A stretch of 64,000 bases of DNA from Balanoglossus misakiensis (GCA_040954595.2 CM082578.2:2958831-3022830), one strand, 5' to 3'. Counted from the stretch's first letter, positions 51,501 through 64,000 are shown. Notes: a model not told the origin generated them from the letters alone. A program made the numbers and translations.

Positions 51501-54500
51501 AAAAAAGATGCAATCTCAAGCGTGTCCAACGCAAGATAGTTCAAATGACGCGATAACTGAATGTTGTCAAGTTCGCATATTGTCTATAATGCAATATTCT
51601 AATCAGTCAGACAAGTTCACTACTGAACAGTGTTTTGTGATGATGAGTCAAAAAGTTCATATATTGAGTCAATAAGTCTCTGAGGTGGTTTTGAAACTCT
51701 TCCCTGGCAAGTTACATGTTTGGACACATCACTGACAACCACAGGATTCGACACAGGAGCTGCTGGTTTCGGCAGTGGACGAGACCTGGCTGCGGGCTGT
51801 GTTAAACCGGCTGTTGTCTGTGACCTTAGAGAGGTGGCTCCTCTGACCTTCAGTGGACTTGCAAATGGCGACGGCGCTGAAGGCAGTTCTTCACTACAAG
51901 GTGGCTCAGGTGTGCGTACGGTGTGGCTTTCTGTCTGTGGTAAAGTATCGCGCAGGTTAACACGATTTCTGCGATATATCCGCCCACCAAGATTCACTAG
52001 GTAGCTTCTTGGTGTTGCTTCCCTCGTCACCAATCCTGGTAACCACGGAGACCGGCTTACCTTGGGACTTGTTTTGACTCTGACGGGTTTTCCAACTATC
52101 AGTTGAGGCAGCGCTTTGGCATTTTTGTCATAGTATTTCTTTGCAAGTTTACGTTTCTAGATGACTGTCTCTGGCACTGCATAAACTATCATTGGCTTGT
52201 ACAGGAATAAACGTGTGCGTCTCGCCATGAAGCGCTGTACTGGTGAAGAGTCATACCCGGGGGTTGGGGCGTTGCGCCATTCCAAGATAGCTTGCCACAT
52301 ATCTTTTCCACTGCTAATAGCTTTGTTCACGATACCTTTTGCTATCTTCACTGCAGACTCGGCTTTTCCATTTGAGTTACTGTGGTATGGCCGTTGTCAC
52401 TGATCAACGTCATCGGTATACCATGTGTTGCAAACACAGGCTTGAGAGTTTTGATCAAGGTTTTTGTAGACAGGTCAGCAAGTAGGCATACTTCTATGTA
52501 GTCTCAATAGACATCCACTAGCACGCAGTAATTCTGGCCTTGAACTTCAAAACAATCACTGACCCCCACTTGCCATGGTGACTTTGGCAGCGGCAGCGTC
52601 ATGAGTGGCTCTTTTGGTATTGCTGGCTGTGCTTCGAGACATATAGGACATCTTCTCACAGCTTCAACAAACTCGGTATGCACCCTTGGCCAATACTTAA
52701 TATCTCTGGCGGTGTTTGTAGTGTACTGGATACCAAGATGCGAGGCATGTGCCCTATCAATCATTTCTGACCGTAGCACACTGGGTATTACTATTCTGCT
52801 TCCTCTGAATGCTAGGCCATCTTGAGTAGTCATCTCATCACGATATGACCAGTATTCGCGGATACACAGCAGTACCTGGTTCTTATCATGGGGCCATCCT
52901 ACCTTCACGACATTCATAAGTGTATGTATAGGATCTGGTCCTTACTGGTTGCTTCCCGGATCCGCCGCAATCTTTCACCAGTAACGAAGAAGGTTTGTGC
53001 CACATTCTCTATTTCTGAGCTGATTCTTTGCTCATCTTGTATAGACCATGTATTCAGAAATTTCAGCGATGCACGTGATAGCGTGTCACTGATGTACATC
53101 TGTGGCCTTGGTTTATACTTCTCGTATAGAGAGTATTTCTGCAGTTGAAGTCGCATTCTTTGTAGTCGTTTGGGGCATACAATTATGGACTTGTTGAATA
53201 TTGTCATCAACGGCTGGTGATCTGTATACACTGTGACCTGGTCGCGACCCAAGATATACTGCTCGAATCGACGTGTAGCGAAGACTATCGCCAGACATTC
53301 CTTTTCTATCTGGGCATAGTTTCTCTCCGTCTGAGTTAGTGTTCTGGAAGCATAGGCTATCGGATGCCCGTCTTGCATAAGTGCAGCTCCCAGTCCACAT
53401 ACAGAACTGTCACACTCGATAGTAACATCTTTCGAGACGTCGTAGTAGCGAAGTACAGGCGCCTTAGTGATCAGTTTCTTGATTTCTGCTAGAGCGTCAT
53501 TGTGTTGCTGTAGCCAATCAAATTCCGAATCACGATGTGCAAGCTTTCTCAGTGGGTCACTTACTCTGCTCAGCTGCGGCATGAATTTCGAGAGATACGT
53601 TACAACTCTCAGTAGTCTCTGAACACTTTTGCCATCAGTAGGCTTCGGCATGTCCCGCACGGCGTTGACCTTTTCAGGGTCTGGGGATAGGCCTTGAGCT
53701 CCAAAAACATGGCCCATATATGTCACACTGGGCAGTTTGAACTTCAGCTTGTCTTTGTTGAGCTTCACACTCTTTTCCTGTCATCTTTTGAGCAGTGCTG
53801 TAAAGGATCTGTCATGCGGTACCTCAGCTTCTCCTGCTGTCTCGCCTGTTCCATAGATGAGGATGTCATCTGCTATTACTTCAACATTTTCCAAACCTTC
53901 AAGGGCTTCATGAAGACGGCATTGAAAATCTTCAGGAGCTGAGGAGATTCCGAAAGGCATTCTCAGCCAACGATATCGGCCAACCGGACTCCAGAATGTT
54001 GTCAGGTAACTGGAAGGCTCATGCAATAGAGCCGGTAGGAATCCATCCTTTGCGTCTGCCACGGAGAATATTTTGGCTCCTTTCAATCTGGCTGCAATCT
54101 CATCCACCGTGGGTATTGGTTAGTGTGAGCGTTTAATAGCTTTGTTTAGATTGTGAGGATCTGAACATACACGGATCTTTCCGGGCTTGCGGACCACCAC
54201 CATGTTGCTGATCCATTTCGTAGGCTCTGTCGCTTTGGCTAATACACCCTGCTCAACCATACTGTCGATTTTGTCCTCCAGTTGAGTTCTCAATGGAATT
54301 GGCACTCGTCGGCTGGTGTTTTGCACTGGTTTCCCATTGGGATCTGTTTCATTGTGGTAAAGTCCTCGTAGTTTCCCAAGTCCTGCAAACGCATCATCAT
54401 AGGTAGACAATACCTGGCTTTTCAGTAGACCGGTTGTCTCTGTAAGCGTATGTACCACCTGCTCGTGCGCAAATTGTACTAATCCCAGTGCCTCTCCGGC

Positions 54501-57500
54501 TCTTCCAGACAGCAATGAGGATGGTGCATCACAATCTGATTAAAATCAGATGTAGGGAACGGCGACGTGGGGTTTTTTTGCTGTCGCCTCACATTACATC
54601 CGACCAACTCCCACTGGAGCTCCCATTGAAATCTACGGGATTTACTGCGCGAGTAAACCAATCAGAAGGCGCCTTATAGCAAACGATAGGCATCCCACAA
54701 TCACATGATCTGGCCCCTTGCGCCTGTTACCATGGAGCTACCGCAGACATATATCCCGGGCGCGAGAGTCGAATCAGCGTGGGGAATGGTTTCGTGCCAG
54801 TTCAGCAGGACGACTGAACTTCTATATTCCACCGGTCAACGACTTGACTAGCTCTGTGTACAGGTCTGTGTGTTCCCGGCGTTACACGGACGTTAGAAGA
54901 AGATAATCGCATCATATTTTGGGTCGGTTAGGAGGTAGAAGTAGACAGGGAAAGGGTTTTGCTTCGATAAAATCGAATTTCGACCGAAAAAGCGGCGGTC
55001 CGGACCGCAGACGCACCAGTTTTGTCTATGGGGCCTTGCAGGGGACGAATTCGGCATAACCTGGAACACACAGACCTGTACGCAGAGCTATGACTTGACC
55101 TTCCATAGCCGAAGTTAGCGTTATTTTTAAAATCCTGTCACATTAATGGTTTGGGGATACATGGCAGTGAAATTTGGTTTATTTTTTTATAAACTTTTAC
55201 ATGAAGTACGTCATTTTTCCGACTGGCGGCATGACTACGAGGGCGAACATGACGACTTGTTAGGAGAGTTTATGAATGATCAGCGACAGTTCATCATTTG
55301 TATATGACTACAGCTCGACGTGTCACTGCTCTGCTAAAACCACTCGCATACGATGACGCCAAACAAAGAAAGATATCATGGGATTACATGTAATTGTTCA
55401 GCCAATCTGTCGTATTCTGTGCGATACTCGAAGTCGGCAACAAAATTTCTCCCATCTCCCAGGGCAAGTCTTTGGTCGGCGTAACATGCAATCTAATTGG
55501 CCGGGTCGGAATGCGCGATTTCAACGTGAGCTCCAGTGAGAGTTGGTCAGATGTAGTGTAGGCGACAGCATAAAAAACCACGTCGCCGTTCCCTACATCT
55601 AATTTTAATCAGATTGCATGTATCGTTGACTATCTCAAAGTGTATTTTCCTTAGGCAGTTTTACTGTGTCATCGTAGGCTAGCAGTACCGACTGGCTTAA
55701 CGATGGCAACATTGCACATCTTAAGTCTGGCTTGGGACGGTTGTGGGTGCTGTTTAGTGAGCTTTGCATATCTTCCATTTTCATGCTTTTTTCCACAATA
55801 TTTGCAGTTCTGTATCATATGAGGCTTGTCTTTCGTTGCAGGCTTTTTGCTCTTTACATAGTGAGCCGATTCATCACTAGCAAAATGTTCCATTTGCTGT
55901 TGGTGCACAGAAGCAAGCTCGCTTCTACAAATGTCTATTGCTTTCTGAAATGTCAGTTGTGCATCTCGTAACAACCAGGAACGAACTTGACTCTCTGCCA
56001 TTCCCACTGCAATTCTGTCTCTGGGCATTTCATCACGAAGAGCGCCGTAGTTACAGGTGGACGCCAGTTTTCTGAGTCTATTTAGAAAACTATCAAAGTC
56101 CTCTTTCATTTCTTGTTTACAGGAGTTGAACATGAACGGTTCATACACCACATTTCGTTGCGGCTCAAAATGATTGCCCAAGTTCGTCAGTATTTCATTT
56201 GGTTCCTTGCGCTGCTCATCCGCCAGTGACAGGTTTTGCTATACACTGTAACACTCTTTGCCCATGACCGATGGCAATGTCGCCGCTTTATGAATGTTTT
56301 TTTCTTTCTTTTCCAGCTCCGTTGCGACCATATACTTTTCCCATCTTGCCAGTTCGCAGCCTTGTCTCCCGAGACATCCATTTTGGCAGGAGGTGGAATA
56401 AGTGCCTGTGCCGTGTTGTTCGTCTATGGAAGCGTGTAAACTAAGTGTTACTCCTGACACCATGTTATAGTGTGTGTCACTGACAAAGATGGTTGCCAAC
56501 GAGTACGACCTTTATTACTAAACTTAGGGGGTCCTTGCAATCTGCTGAGTACCCCCAATAACGGGAACGATGCCATTGAATCTTTCATTTATATATTTAT
56601 TTATTTATTTTCTTCATCCATCCAGGATATGATGACTGGAACCTATTCAAAGCCAGTACCACCAGAGCAATGTGAAGTAAAGTGATTTGCTCAAGGGCAC
56701 AACATTATGGCCATGAAGTCACCATCCTCAGATAGAAAATCCACGGCCATGTCCGGGTCTGGGAATCGAACCCACAACCCTCCTGACCGCTACGCTACGA
56801 TGCTTCCTACTTAATCAACGGATTGGGTTCATACTATAAATAGAAAAGCATAATTTATTTTACGACGATTGACTACGAGAAAGAACTGGTGTCAACGGGT
56901 TTTGAAAATCATTGTTTGGTCCAATCACAATATGGAATTTTGAAAAGGTGTGCGTGGTTATAGCAGAAAGCTTCACAAACCCCTGACGTTGCCATAATTT
57001 GTGAGGAAGTCATTTACGAACCTGTCCACCGTTACGAGAGATTTCAGAAGAAATGTCACAACCAGTATAGGAACCACCTGTAAAATGATTTAATCGATCT
57101 TTTTAAAGGGACAAAGTCTCTCTCTTGCTGCCCTTTTACCAATAATTATGTTTGATACACGACACCGTTTATGTTATTCTACATGTTGATATATAGTGAA
57201 TCAACAGTCGACCACACACAACTTCCATCCCCCTTTTAGATACGAGAGTAAAAAAAAAAACTCGCCAAAATGAATAATCGGTCTCTTCCGTTTATTCATT
57301 TTGGCGAGATTTTTACTCTCATATCGTACAAACGGGCTGGAAGTTGGGTGTGGTTGAACGTAACTTGATTCGCTATATATCCACATGTAGAATAACATAC
57401 ACACTATGTCTTGTATCAAACATAATTAATGGGAAAAGGGCAGCGAGATAGAGACTTTGTCACTTTAATAATATTAAGTTGTTTATTCAATCTGCGTGAC

Positions 57501-60137
57501 TCTCTTTTGCTGCATTTATGTCTGTGGACATTAAACTGAGCTAAATTATTCAAATGCAATTAAACTGTAACTACTGAATGTATACAAGACACATAAACCT
57601 AAATTAAACATTTCAGTCATCAAAGCAGTCAACTTTAAAATGCACTCGATCAAAACTGTCCCTTTGCACAAAGAGTAATATGACATTATATTATATCGTG
57701 CTACCGTCCGCAATTCTGATTGGACGAGAGCTCAATCCAGCGATGCTAAAATTAAGCAATAAAACACCCCCAGCCATGGTATACCACGAGATTTTGACCA
57801 GTTCACGACATATACGCACGAGCGATAGCGAGTGCGTATATGGAGTTGAACTGGTCAAAATCGAGTGGTATACCATGGCTTGGGGTGTTTTATTGCTATT
57901 ATATTATGCCAGTATATTGAAACTTTGCATAAAACATTTTAAAAAGGCATTTTCTTTGACTATGATATATGACTGTGGTATATGGCTAATATATCACGGT
58001 CACGTGTCGTGTCTCGACCAATCAAATAGCGTGATTTACACCATCAATATACTGGTATAATATAATTAAGCAATAAAACACCCCCAGCCATGGTATATCA
58101 CGAGATTTTGACCAGTTCACGACATATACGCACGAGCGATAGCGAGTGCGTATATGGAGTTGAACTGGTCAAAATCGAGTGGTATACCATGGCTGGGGGT
58201 GTTTTATTGCTATTATATTATGCCAGTATATTGAAACTTTGCATAAAACATTTTAAAAAGGCATTTTCTTTGACTATGATATATGACTGTGGTATATGGC
58301 TAATATATCACGGTCACGTGTCGTGTCTCGACCAATCAAATAGCGTGATTTACACCATCAATATACTGGTATAATATAATACTCATTATATTATACCAGT
58401 ATATTGATGGTGTAAATCACGCTATTTGATTGGTCGAGACACGACACGTGACCGTGATATATTAGCCATATACCACAGTCATATATCATAGTTAAAGAAA
58501 ATGCCTTTTTAAAATGTTTTATGCAAAGTTTCAATATACTGGCATAATATAATAGCAATAAAACACCCCCAGCCATGGTATACCACTCGATTTTGACCAG
58601 TTCAACTCCATATACGCACTCGCTATCGCTCGTGCGTATATGTCGTGAACTGGTCAAAATCTCGTGATATACCATGGCTGGGGGTGTTTTATTGCTTAAA
58701 TAATGCACTGCTAAAACGGGACCCTGAACTAGCATACGGCAGCAAAAATGTGCGGTTAAACCACAGTCGCGCGTGTTTAAACCAAATAAATAAAACAAAA
58801 ATACTGTTGAAATAACGGATGTTTTATTTTGGAACTGCTCCGTGGAAATATTTGTCACTTTGCCACGCGTGATGCCCGTCTTGTCACTTTTTGTCGTCTG
58901 CTTCACGTTTAATGCTCGATCCCGGCCGCTCGTGTTTACATTCATCGTCGGCATGTTGGTTCACGATCGTAATTTCTCTTTCTGACGCCGTTTTGGTAAG
59001 AAAATGACACTGATATGCCACAAAAAAATGTTGATATAATATAATAGCAATAACCCCCGCCTCAGTCGGGTATACACTCGATTTGGGTACAAATCGCTCC
59101 ATATAGCACTCGCCTGACAGCTCGTGCTATATGTCTCGAATTGTACCCAAATCTCGCGTATACCCGTCTGCGGCGGGGGTTATTACTTAAACATCTTAAA
59201 AAATATTTGTTTTCACAAATCTGGTTATTCAAAATTCCTTTCAACGCTTTCAACTAGAGGTAACTCGAATCGTGTAAGTTCAATGGCCAACTTTGTTTTC
59301 TTTGAATTTGCTACATTCTCGATATTAATTCGTATAATCAGGTCTCGCAATTTTATGAAGGTAGGTATACGTGTGATGGAACGTTGATTCTGTCTTACCG
59401 ACAACCAAGACTTTCTTCCCTTTAAATTTGCTACTTTCCCGATATTCATTTGCATGGATCTTTATTCCCTTGAAGTTTTCTTGACCAGGATAGACAGGAA
59501 TATGTGCTTTGTTATAGACGCCAGTACACACCATGACGTAATCGAAGTTTTCAACGGAAGCTGTGCCGTCATTGGTCAGCAGATGGAGCCTCCAGTACTC
59601 GTTCCCGTCATGCTTTTCAAGTTTGGTCACCTTTGTATCGAACCTGATGTACTTCTCGAGGTCAAAATGGGCTGCGTAGTCTTGCAAATATTTAAGACAG
59701 AAGCGGTGGCCAAAGTAGGGTGTGTATTCTTTTGGGGGAGGAAAATCTGAAAATGGGGTCATTTCTTTGCTATCGACAGTCACAACAGAGTCATACACGG
59801 CGGCGCCTTGTTCAGGTCGCAACTCAGACGTGTGGTACCACAATCCACCTGAAAAGAAAGTTAGATCTTAGAAACCTACATGCACTTTCAAACAAGGCAG
59901 GTAGCGAAAAGTTATGTCTTAAATTTCTTGAAATTCATAATGTAGTTGTCTAAGGTAAACTCTTTTGAACGTTAAGTGTCACAATGGTGATAGTTGTTGG
60001 CAATCAGGAGTGTTACCTAGTTTGTCGTGTCTCTCGAAACAAGTCGGCTCCAACCCATCTTCTTCCAGACAACTTTTGATTGACGTGAGGCCAGAAACTC
60101 CAGCACCAATGATAGCCACGCGTTTCTTAGCAGCCAT
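48559..60137 (-). CDS. FMO: Flavin-containing monooxygenase copy C, 7 exons, ~495 aa, apparently intact with TE-expanded introns
   Basis: Exons 60137-60017, 59848-59399, 57077-57022, 51193-51017, 50747-50534, 50357-50119, 48789-48559, 1488 nt with consistent phases. Same FMO motifs as copy B. Confidence 0.9.
48911..50011. mobile_element. Foldback-like element with TAT..ATA ends and 6-bp TSD (IS3EU-like)
   Basis: TIR TATGGC(G/A)GCCCGTGGCTGCCAATGCTAAAATGCATAAATATATCTATAG, extended by ~250 bp of A-rich/T-rich arms. GAGCTG is duplicated at 48905-48910 and 50012-50017. Confidence 0.85.
49296..49502. mobile_element. TA-flanked MITE nested in the foldback element
   Basis: TA-CTGTAAAACACTTTATTTTCGCGAG ... 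CTCGCGAAAATAAAGTGTTTTTCAG-TA. Confidence 0.85.
51286..56563 (-). mobile_element. Gypsy/Ty3 (Mag-like) LTR retrotransposon, degraded, in FMO C intron 3
   Basis: 101-bp LTRs at 51286-51386 and 56463-56563. PBS TGGTGTCAGGAGT at 56462-56450. PPT at 51399-51387. Gag at 55669-56420, RT ([14 protein letters not shown]), RNase H ([22 protein letters not shown]), integrase (H..H...[11 protein letters not shown]). Confidence 0.93.
54532..55616. mobile_element. Non-autonomous element with ~130-bp TIRs, nested in the Gypsy pol
   Basis: CAATCTGATTAAAAT(C/T)AGATGTAGGGAACGGCGACGTGG... at both ends, inverted. Possible 2-bp CA TSD. Confidence 0.85.
56590..56810 (-). mobile_element. tRNA-derived SINE remnant
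   Basis: B-box GGTTCGATTCCC on the - strand at ~56761-56772, body GTTGTGCCCTTGAGCAA..CACTT, and an (AAAT)n tail at 56590-56610. Confidence 0.65.
57107..57464. mobile_element. TTAA MITE family A copy 3
   Basis: TTAA at 57103-57106 and 57465-57468. TIR AGGGACAAAGTCTCT. Confidence 0.9.
57686..59190. mobile_element. Hairpin-terminated non-coding element containing a tandem plus inverted array of a second hairpin-terminated 314-bp unit
   Basis: Units at 57751-58064 and 58065-58380 (direct) and 58385-58699 (inverted about the spacer ACTC at 58381-58384). Each has a ~140-bp internal palindrome. The outer element starts ATTATATTAT at 57686 and ends in a palindrome at 59045-59188. Confidence 0.85.
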
Positions 60138-60721
60138 TGCGCTAACTGAATCCCCGTTAACAAGAAGGTTATTCCGTGATTGTCGTCTTCACTGTCCCCG
60201 AACCCCTTTAACATTGTGATCATCAGCATCGATATGCAATGCAATTTTTTACCCAGATCACGCGCTCATCTATTTTGGGCTAGGATGATTTACCTCTTGC
60301 AGACTCACTACACGTGGTAAAATGTTAGAAAACAAAGAAAATTGAATATTTCTCTCATGTTTCTGGCATATAACATTTAGTGGTGGACAAGTAGCCACGT
60401 GTACATTCGTTTTCTGACATGTTGCCATGCATGACTCATACAAAAGTGAATGAGCGTAGCCCAAAATAGATGGGTTAGTGTTGCAAGCGAATTTAGGTCA
60501 TCCTAGCACAGTGCAGGGATCAGTACGATCAAATGACCTTCAAGTGACCTCCATGTACTTTGTGTGTGTTAAATACATCTGCATCCAGATACTGTGGTCT
60601 GCCTTTTGACGAAATAGTGTACAGTGGGTAGTTCACTCATGAACCAGTTTTTGTTGTGTTTTCTTTTGTACCCCCTCGCATATGAACTGGGGACCAATGT
60701 TACATATATCACTACTTTTCT

Positions 60722-60803
60722 GCAAAGGAATTGTAACCTTTCAACGCAGAAAATGTGTTCCATAGAGCATTCACAATTCGATCCCTCGCGCCAGGCCATG
60801 CAC
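60722..60803 (-). pseudogene. FMO: FMO copy D, last-exon remnant
   Basis: Translates to [25 protein letters not shown], matching exon 7 of copies B and C. Confidence 0.85.
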
Positions 60804-60889
60804 TTGCTTATGTAAGATAGTTCTTTTTGACAAATCCAATTGAAATAGTGAAAGATATAACTCACAAAGTTAGTTACGTTTCACTGCTA

Positions 60890-61440
60890 ACCTAGCAACT
60901 TCTCCAGACTGACAACTCAATCCATACAGCCTCGTTGTTGGTACAGCTGTTACATGCTACCGTTGAGGGTGCTTTATGGATGAGTTGATCAAAGATGTTA
61001 TGTAACTTGTAAGGCCCGTCATCCTTGTTTATAATGTTTTTTCCCTTCCTTCTGATCCAAATGGCCTCCTTAATCCATATGGTGGTTCCAATGTTTTGGT
61101 ATGGCTATGGGTAGTCCCCTCAGTCCACTGTGTTGCAATATATTCATGGAGTGGCTATAACAGAAGGTTATCTCCACATCGCCAATTACATGTCATCCTA
61201 CCTTTGGCCGTTGCTGTCCGTTTTCTTGTCCCATGTTCATACTGAATGTCACTTGATAGATCTCTGGCTTCATTCACTAAAACTTGACCTTCAAGTTGAC
61301 CTTCTTTGACTGTGTCTGTGGACATCTTGTTAATCTTGTTTACTGATCAATGTAGTTTACTGTTGCGGGTTCTTCCCTTTGACTATTTACTTAGAATGAT
61401 ACAAGGACCACTTTCTGTTTTGTTTGATGAACTTTACTTG
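60890..61440 (-). mobile_element. Penelope-like retroelement 3' remnant (GIY-YIG C-terminus)
   Basis: 61079-60980 translates to WIKEAIWIRRKGKNIINKDDGPYKLHNIFDQLI. Boundaries are approximate. Confidence 0.65.
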
Positions 61441-61879
61441 ACCTAGTACATCAGTAACCATACATCCAGCTGCATCCAGTAGCACTCAGTGGCTTTCTAT
61501 ACCATTCAGGTAAACTGTAGCAGTGCAATGTACATAGGGAACTGATAATACCAAAACCATGCAAATGTATACAGAAATACAATCCGTCCAAATACATGTA
61601 CTCAATAAATCAACGAAATGAACAATCAGCGCATGCTCCGTAGCCTCAATACCACAGCTTTATGATCGCTAGAACAAACAAAGTAAATTCAAAGCAGTTA
61701 CGTGTATACTAATTGGAGGAAACAAGTAACGAGAAACACAATAGTTCTAGAGGGCGCACTGCGAGTGGCTTACAACAGAATTGCCCTGAGGCAGCTACAC
61801 CAGTAAAACTTATTGAAAAAGCACGCTGTATAAATCGATGTAAGAGAGACTGTGGAAGGAGTGCCATTTCTCGTAGATG

Positions 61880-62680
61880 ATGGGGATAAGTCTGAGATAC
61901 AAAGTTCATTCCATGCAGTTAAACAGAGAAGCCATTTCCTTCATACCTACAAGCCTTAAATCCCAATTTCTGCTCCGAAGAAAATGCAAAGATAAGAAAA
62001 CATCATTTTTAATGGATGAATACATCCCATAAAAGGAATGTCTCATTTCTTCCCCCAACTTTATCCCTGAAATTTTAGAAATGCTCTTCCATGTCCTGAA
62101 TTTGAGGACACAAGGTTTCATGTCAACAAATTCCAAAGGTGGACTAGTACTAGTACTAGAACTGGGTCTTGTAAGGCACTCTTTCACTTTCACAATGATT
62201 TCATTTGCAGCTGGGTTGCTTTCAATGCAGAGCTGCAGTTCTACTCGATAGATTGCCTCCCAAATTTGCATCAGAAAATTATGTGTCTTGTCAAAACTTG
62301 TGTAGTTGGCAATACTTTATAGTGTCCTGCCTCTATGGTACATGGACGCAAATTCTTTTAACCCCTCTTCCCAGTAAACTTTCATAAGGACCCCCTGAAA
62401 GTTCTTGAGTGTATGCCAATCCCCGATAAAGGTATCAACCATGACAATGCACTACCATACTCACCTTTCAGTTTTACCATGTGGTCACAGGTTTTACCAT
62501 CCCCAACATTCACTAGATATTGTATCTTTTTACTTACCTGTATCAAATCATGTAAGTAGTCTAATACCTTCAACATGGTTTCTTTGCTATCAGCTGGCTC
62601 ATCGAGCACAGCAATATACAGGCATGATTGTTCTGCATTTTGAGGTTCCTCATTTATCATGAATGATAGCCAATGACATA
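61880..62680 (-). pseudogene. Academ-type DDE transposase fragment
   Basis: VLDEPADSKETMLKVL...YLVNVGDGKT...[12 protein letters not shown](DW)H with a frameshift, and further decayed coding sequence downstream. Confidence 0.6.
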
Positions 62681-62949
62681 CAGCAATTTACAAGTGGAAT
62701 ACGGAGCGCCGCCATCTTTGGAAGTTTCCGTTGACGTGAAGGGTCGCCACCAGCGAAATGTCCAATTTTTCGTCTATAACTTTGCAAGTCAGTCCCCATC
62801 TTGAGTGTTCCTTGTCGTTGCTCCTTAAAATGACGTTCAGTAAAGGTTTAAAGGCTTAGGCATCGCCTAAACCGTGGAAATTTTGCTGAAATATCAGAGC
62901 GCTAACATCTACCATGTCACCACACGGATGCTTACGTAACCTCTTGAAT

Positions 62950-63400
62950 TCCACAGAGATGTATTTTCTTTTGACAAAGTCTCTCTCATTGGTTGTTGTT
63001 ATATTAGACCAGATAACCCCATCCGTAGAATTGAAATGTTAGATGACTTTCTAGTTAACTTTTCTTCAGACAATCCTGATAAACACATTATTTTGTTGGG
63101 CGATTTCAACTCAAGAGTGGGGCCCCTGGACGATTTTATCACTGATGACGCAATTGCACATGTTCCGATGTTAGACAATTTGGGTTACATTCCTGACACA
63201 TTTTGTACACCCTGTTGTTCAAAAGATTCAGTAATAACTCCAGCTGGTAGAATGATAATTGATTTATGCAAGCGAATGGGCATTCATATTGTAAATGGGA
63301 GAACACCTGGTGACCAAGATGGTCATTTCACATGTATTTATTATGCCGGTGCTAGTCTTATTGATTACGTCATCCTGTCCAAGAAGTTATTTGACAATGC
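62950..63400 (+). mobile_element. LINE APE endonuclease fragment
   Basis: LLGDFNSRVG...HIVNGRT.GD..G.FT...GASLIDYV. Confidence 0.8.
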
Positions 63401-64000
63401 ACAGACAAAGAGAAACAACAGACAAGCAACGCGGCATGTCCCTTTGATGTCTTGTTCACCTCGGCAAACAGCGGCAAACAATAGGCTTCAAATGTGTCAA
63501 ATGGGTTAGACACCGAGGAGACTTCCCAGAATACTTTGCGGTTGCGTCATTATCGACAGCTGCAGTACCTTGCCTGACACGGCTGTGCACTCAGGACTCG
63601 ACTGAAACACTACTTCACGACGACCACGATTTACACTTGATTTACACGTTAGAATTAGTATTTTCATCTACAACCCATGCAAGTTTACAGAACACGATTC
63701 GGCGAACAGGAATCTATTCCAAAAAATCGAGATTGATGATTAAACCTTTTCAAATTTACGATCGAACACACTTATTATATATTCATATTTTTTATTGAAA
63801 TGGTCAAACTCATCTCTCCGATGCTCAAACTTCCTCAAATTTTCGCTGTACACTCGCCTTCCGTCTACAGCTGACTGACAACAACAACACAAACTTTCAC
63901 GAAAACACTTTCGTTTCATAATCGGGAAAATTCCGGACATTGCCGAAGTGGATACGTTCGGAAATCTTCGGAGACAAGCTGCACCTTGAAGGGGAGCTGA

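Noticed and set aside
57680-58954. Three ORFs with the identical peptide [10 protein letters not shown]...
   Set aside because: Artefact of the repeated 314-bp palindromic unit; no protein motifs.

Overview
This is eukaryotic (animal) DNA, AT-rich, with spliceosomal introns and dense transposons. The repertoire suggests a marine invertebrate, possibly a deuterostome (inference). Host genes: (i) a 14-exon + strand polycystin/REJ-like gene (15.4-24.1 kb) with two C-type lectin domains and a GAIN/GPS domain, whose frame stops just after the GPS cleavage site with no transmembrane region; (ii) a - strand tandem array of flavin-containing monooxygenases (FMO), with two apparently intact copies, one killed by a 10.5-kb nested insertion and one 3' remnant. 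Mobile DNA: two RTEX-like LINEs (one full length, with a decayed 2A-like peptide in ORF1), another LINE fused in frame into it, L2 and L1/Tx1 3' fragments, a 13-exon CACTA/EnSpm-like transposase, a near-intact Crypton tyrosine-recombinase element ending in a ~160-bp hairpin, several non-coding hairpin-terminated elements (including a tandem plus inverted array), a Gypsy with 101-bp LTRs, TTAA (Kolobok-type) MITEs, AcademH-like and IS3EU-like non-autonomous elements, and Academ, Tc1, Penelope and SINE remnants. A decayed, strand-skewed RPA70-like triple OB-fold gene lies at 2.4-3.5 kb. Exon boundaries were read by eye, and family names come from motif recognition, not database searches.
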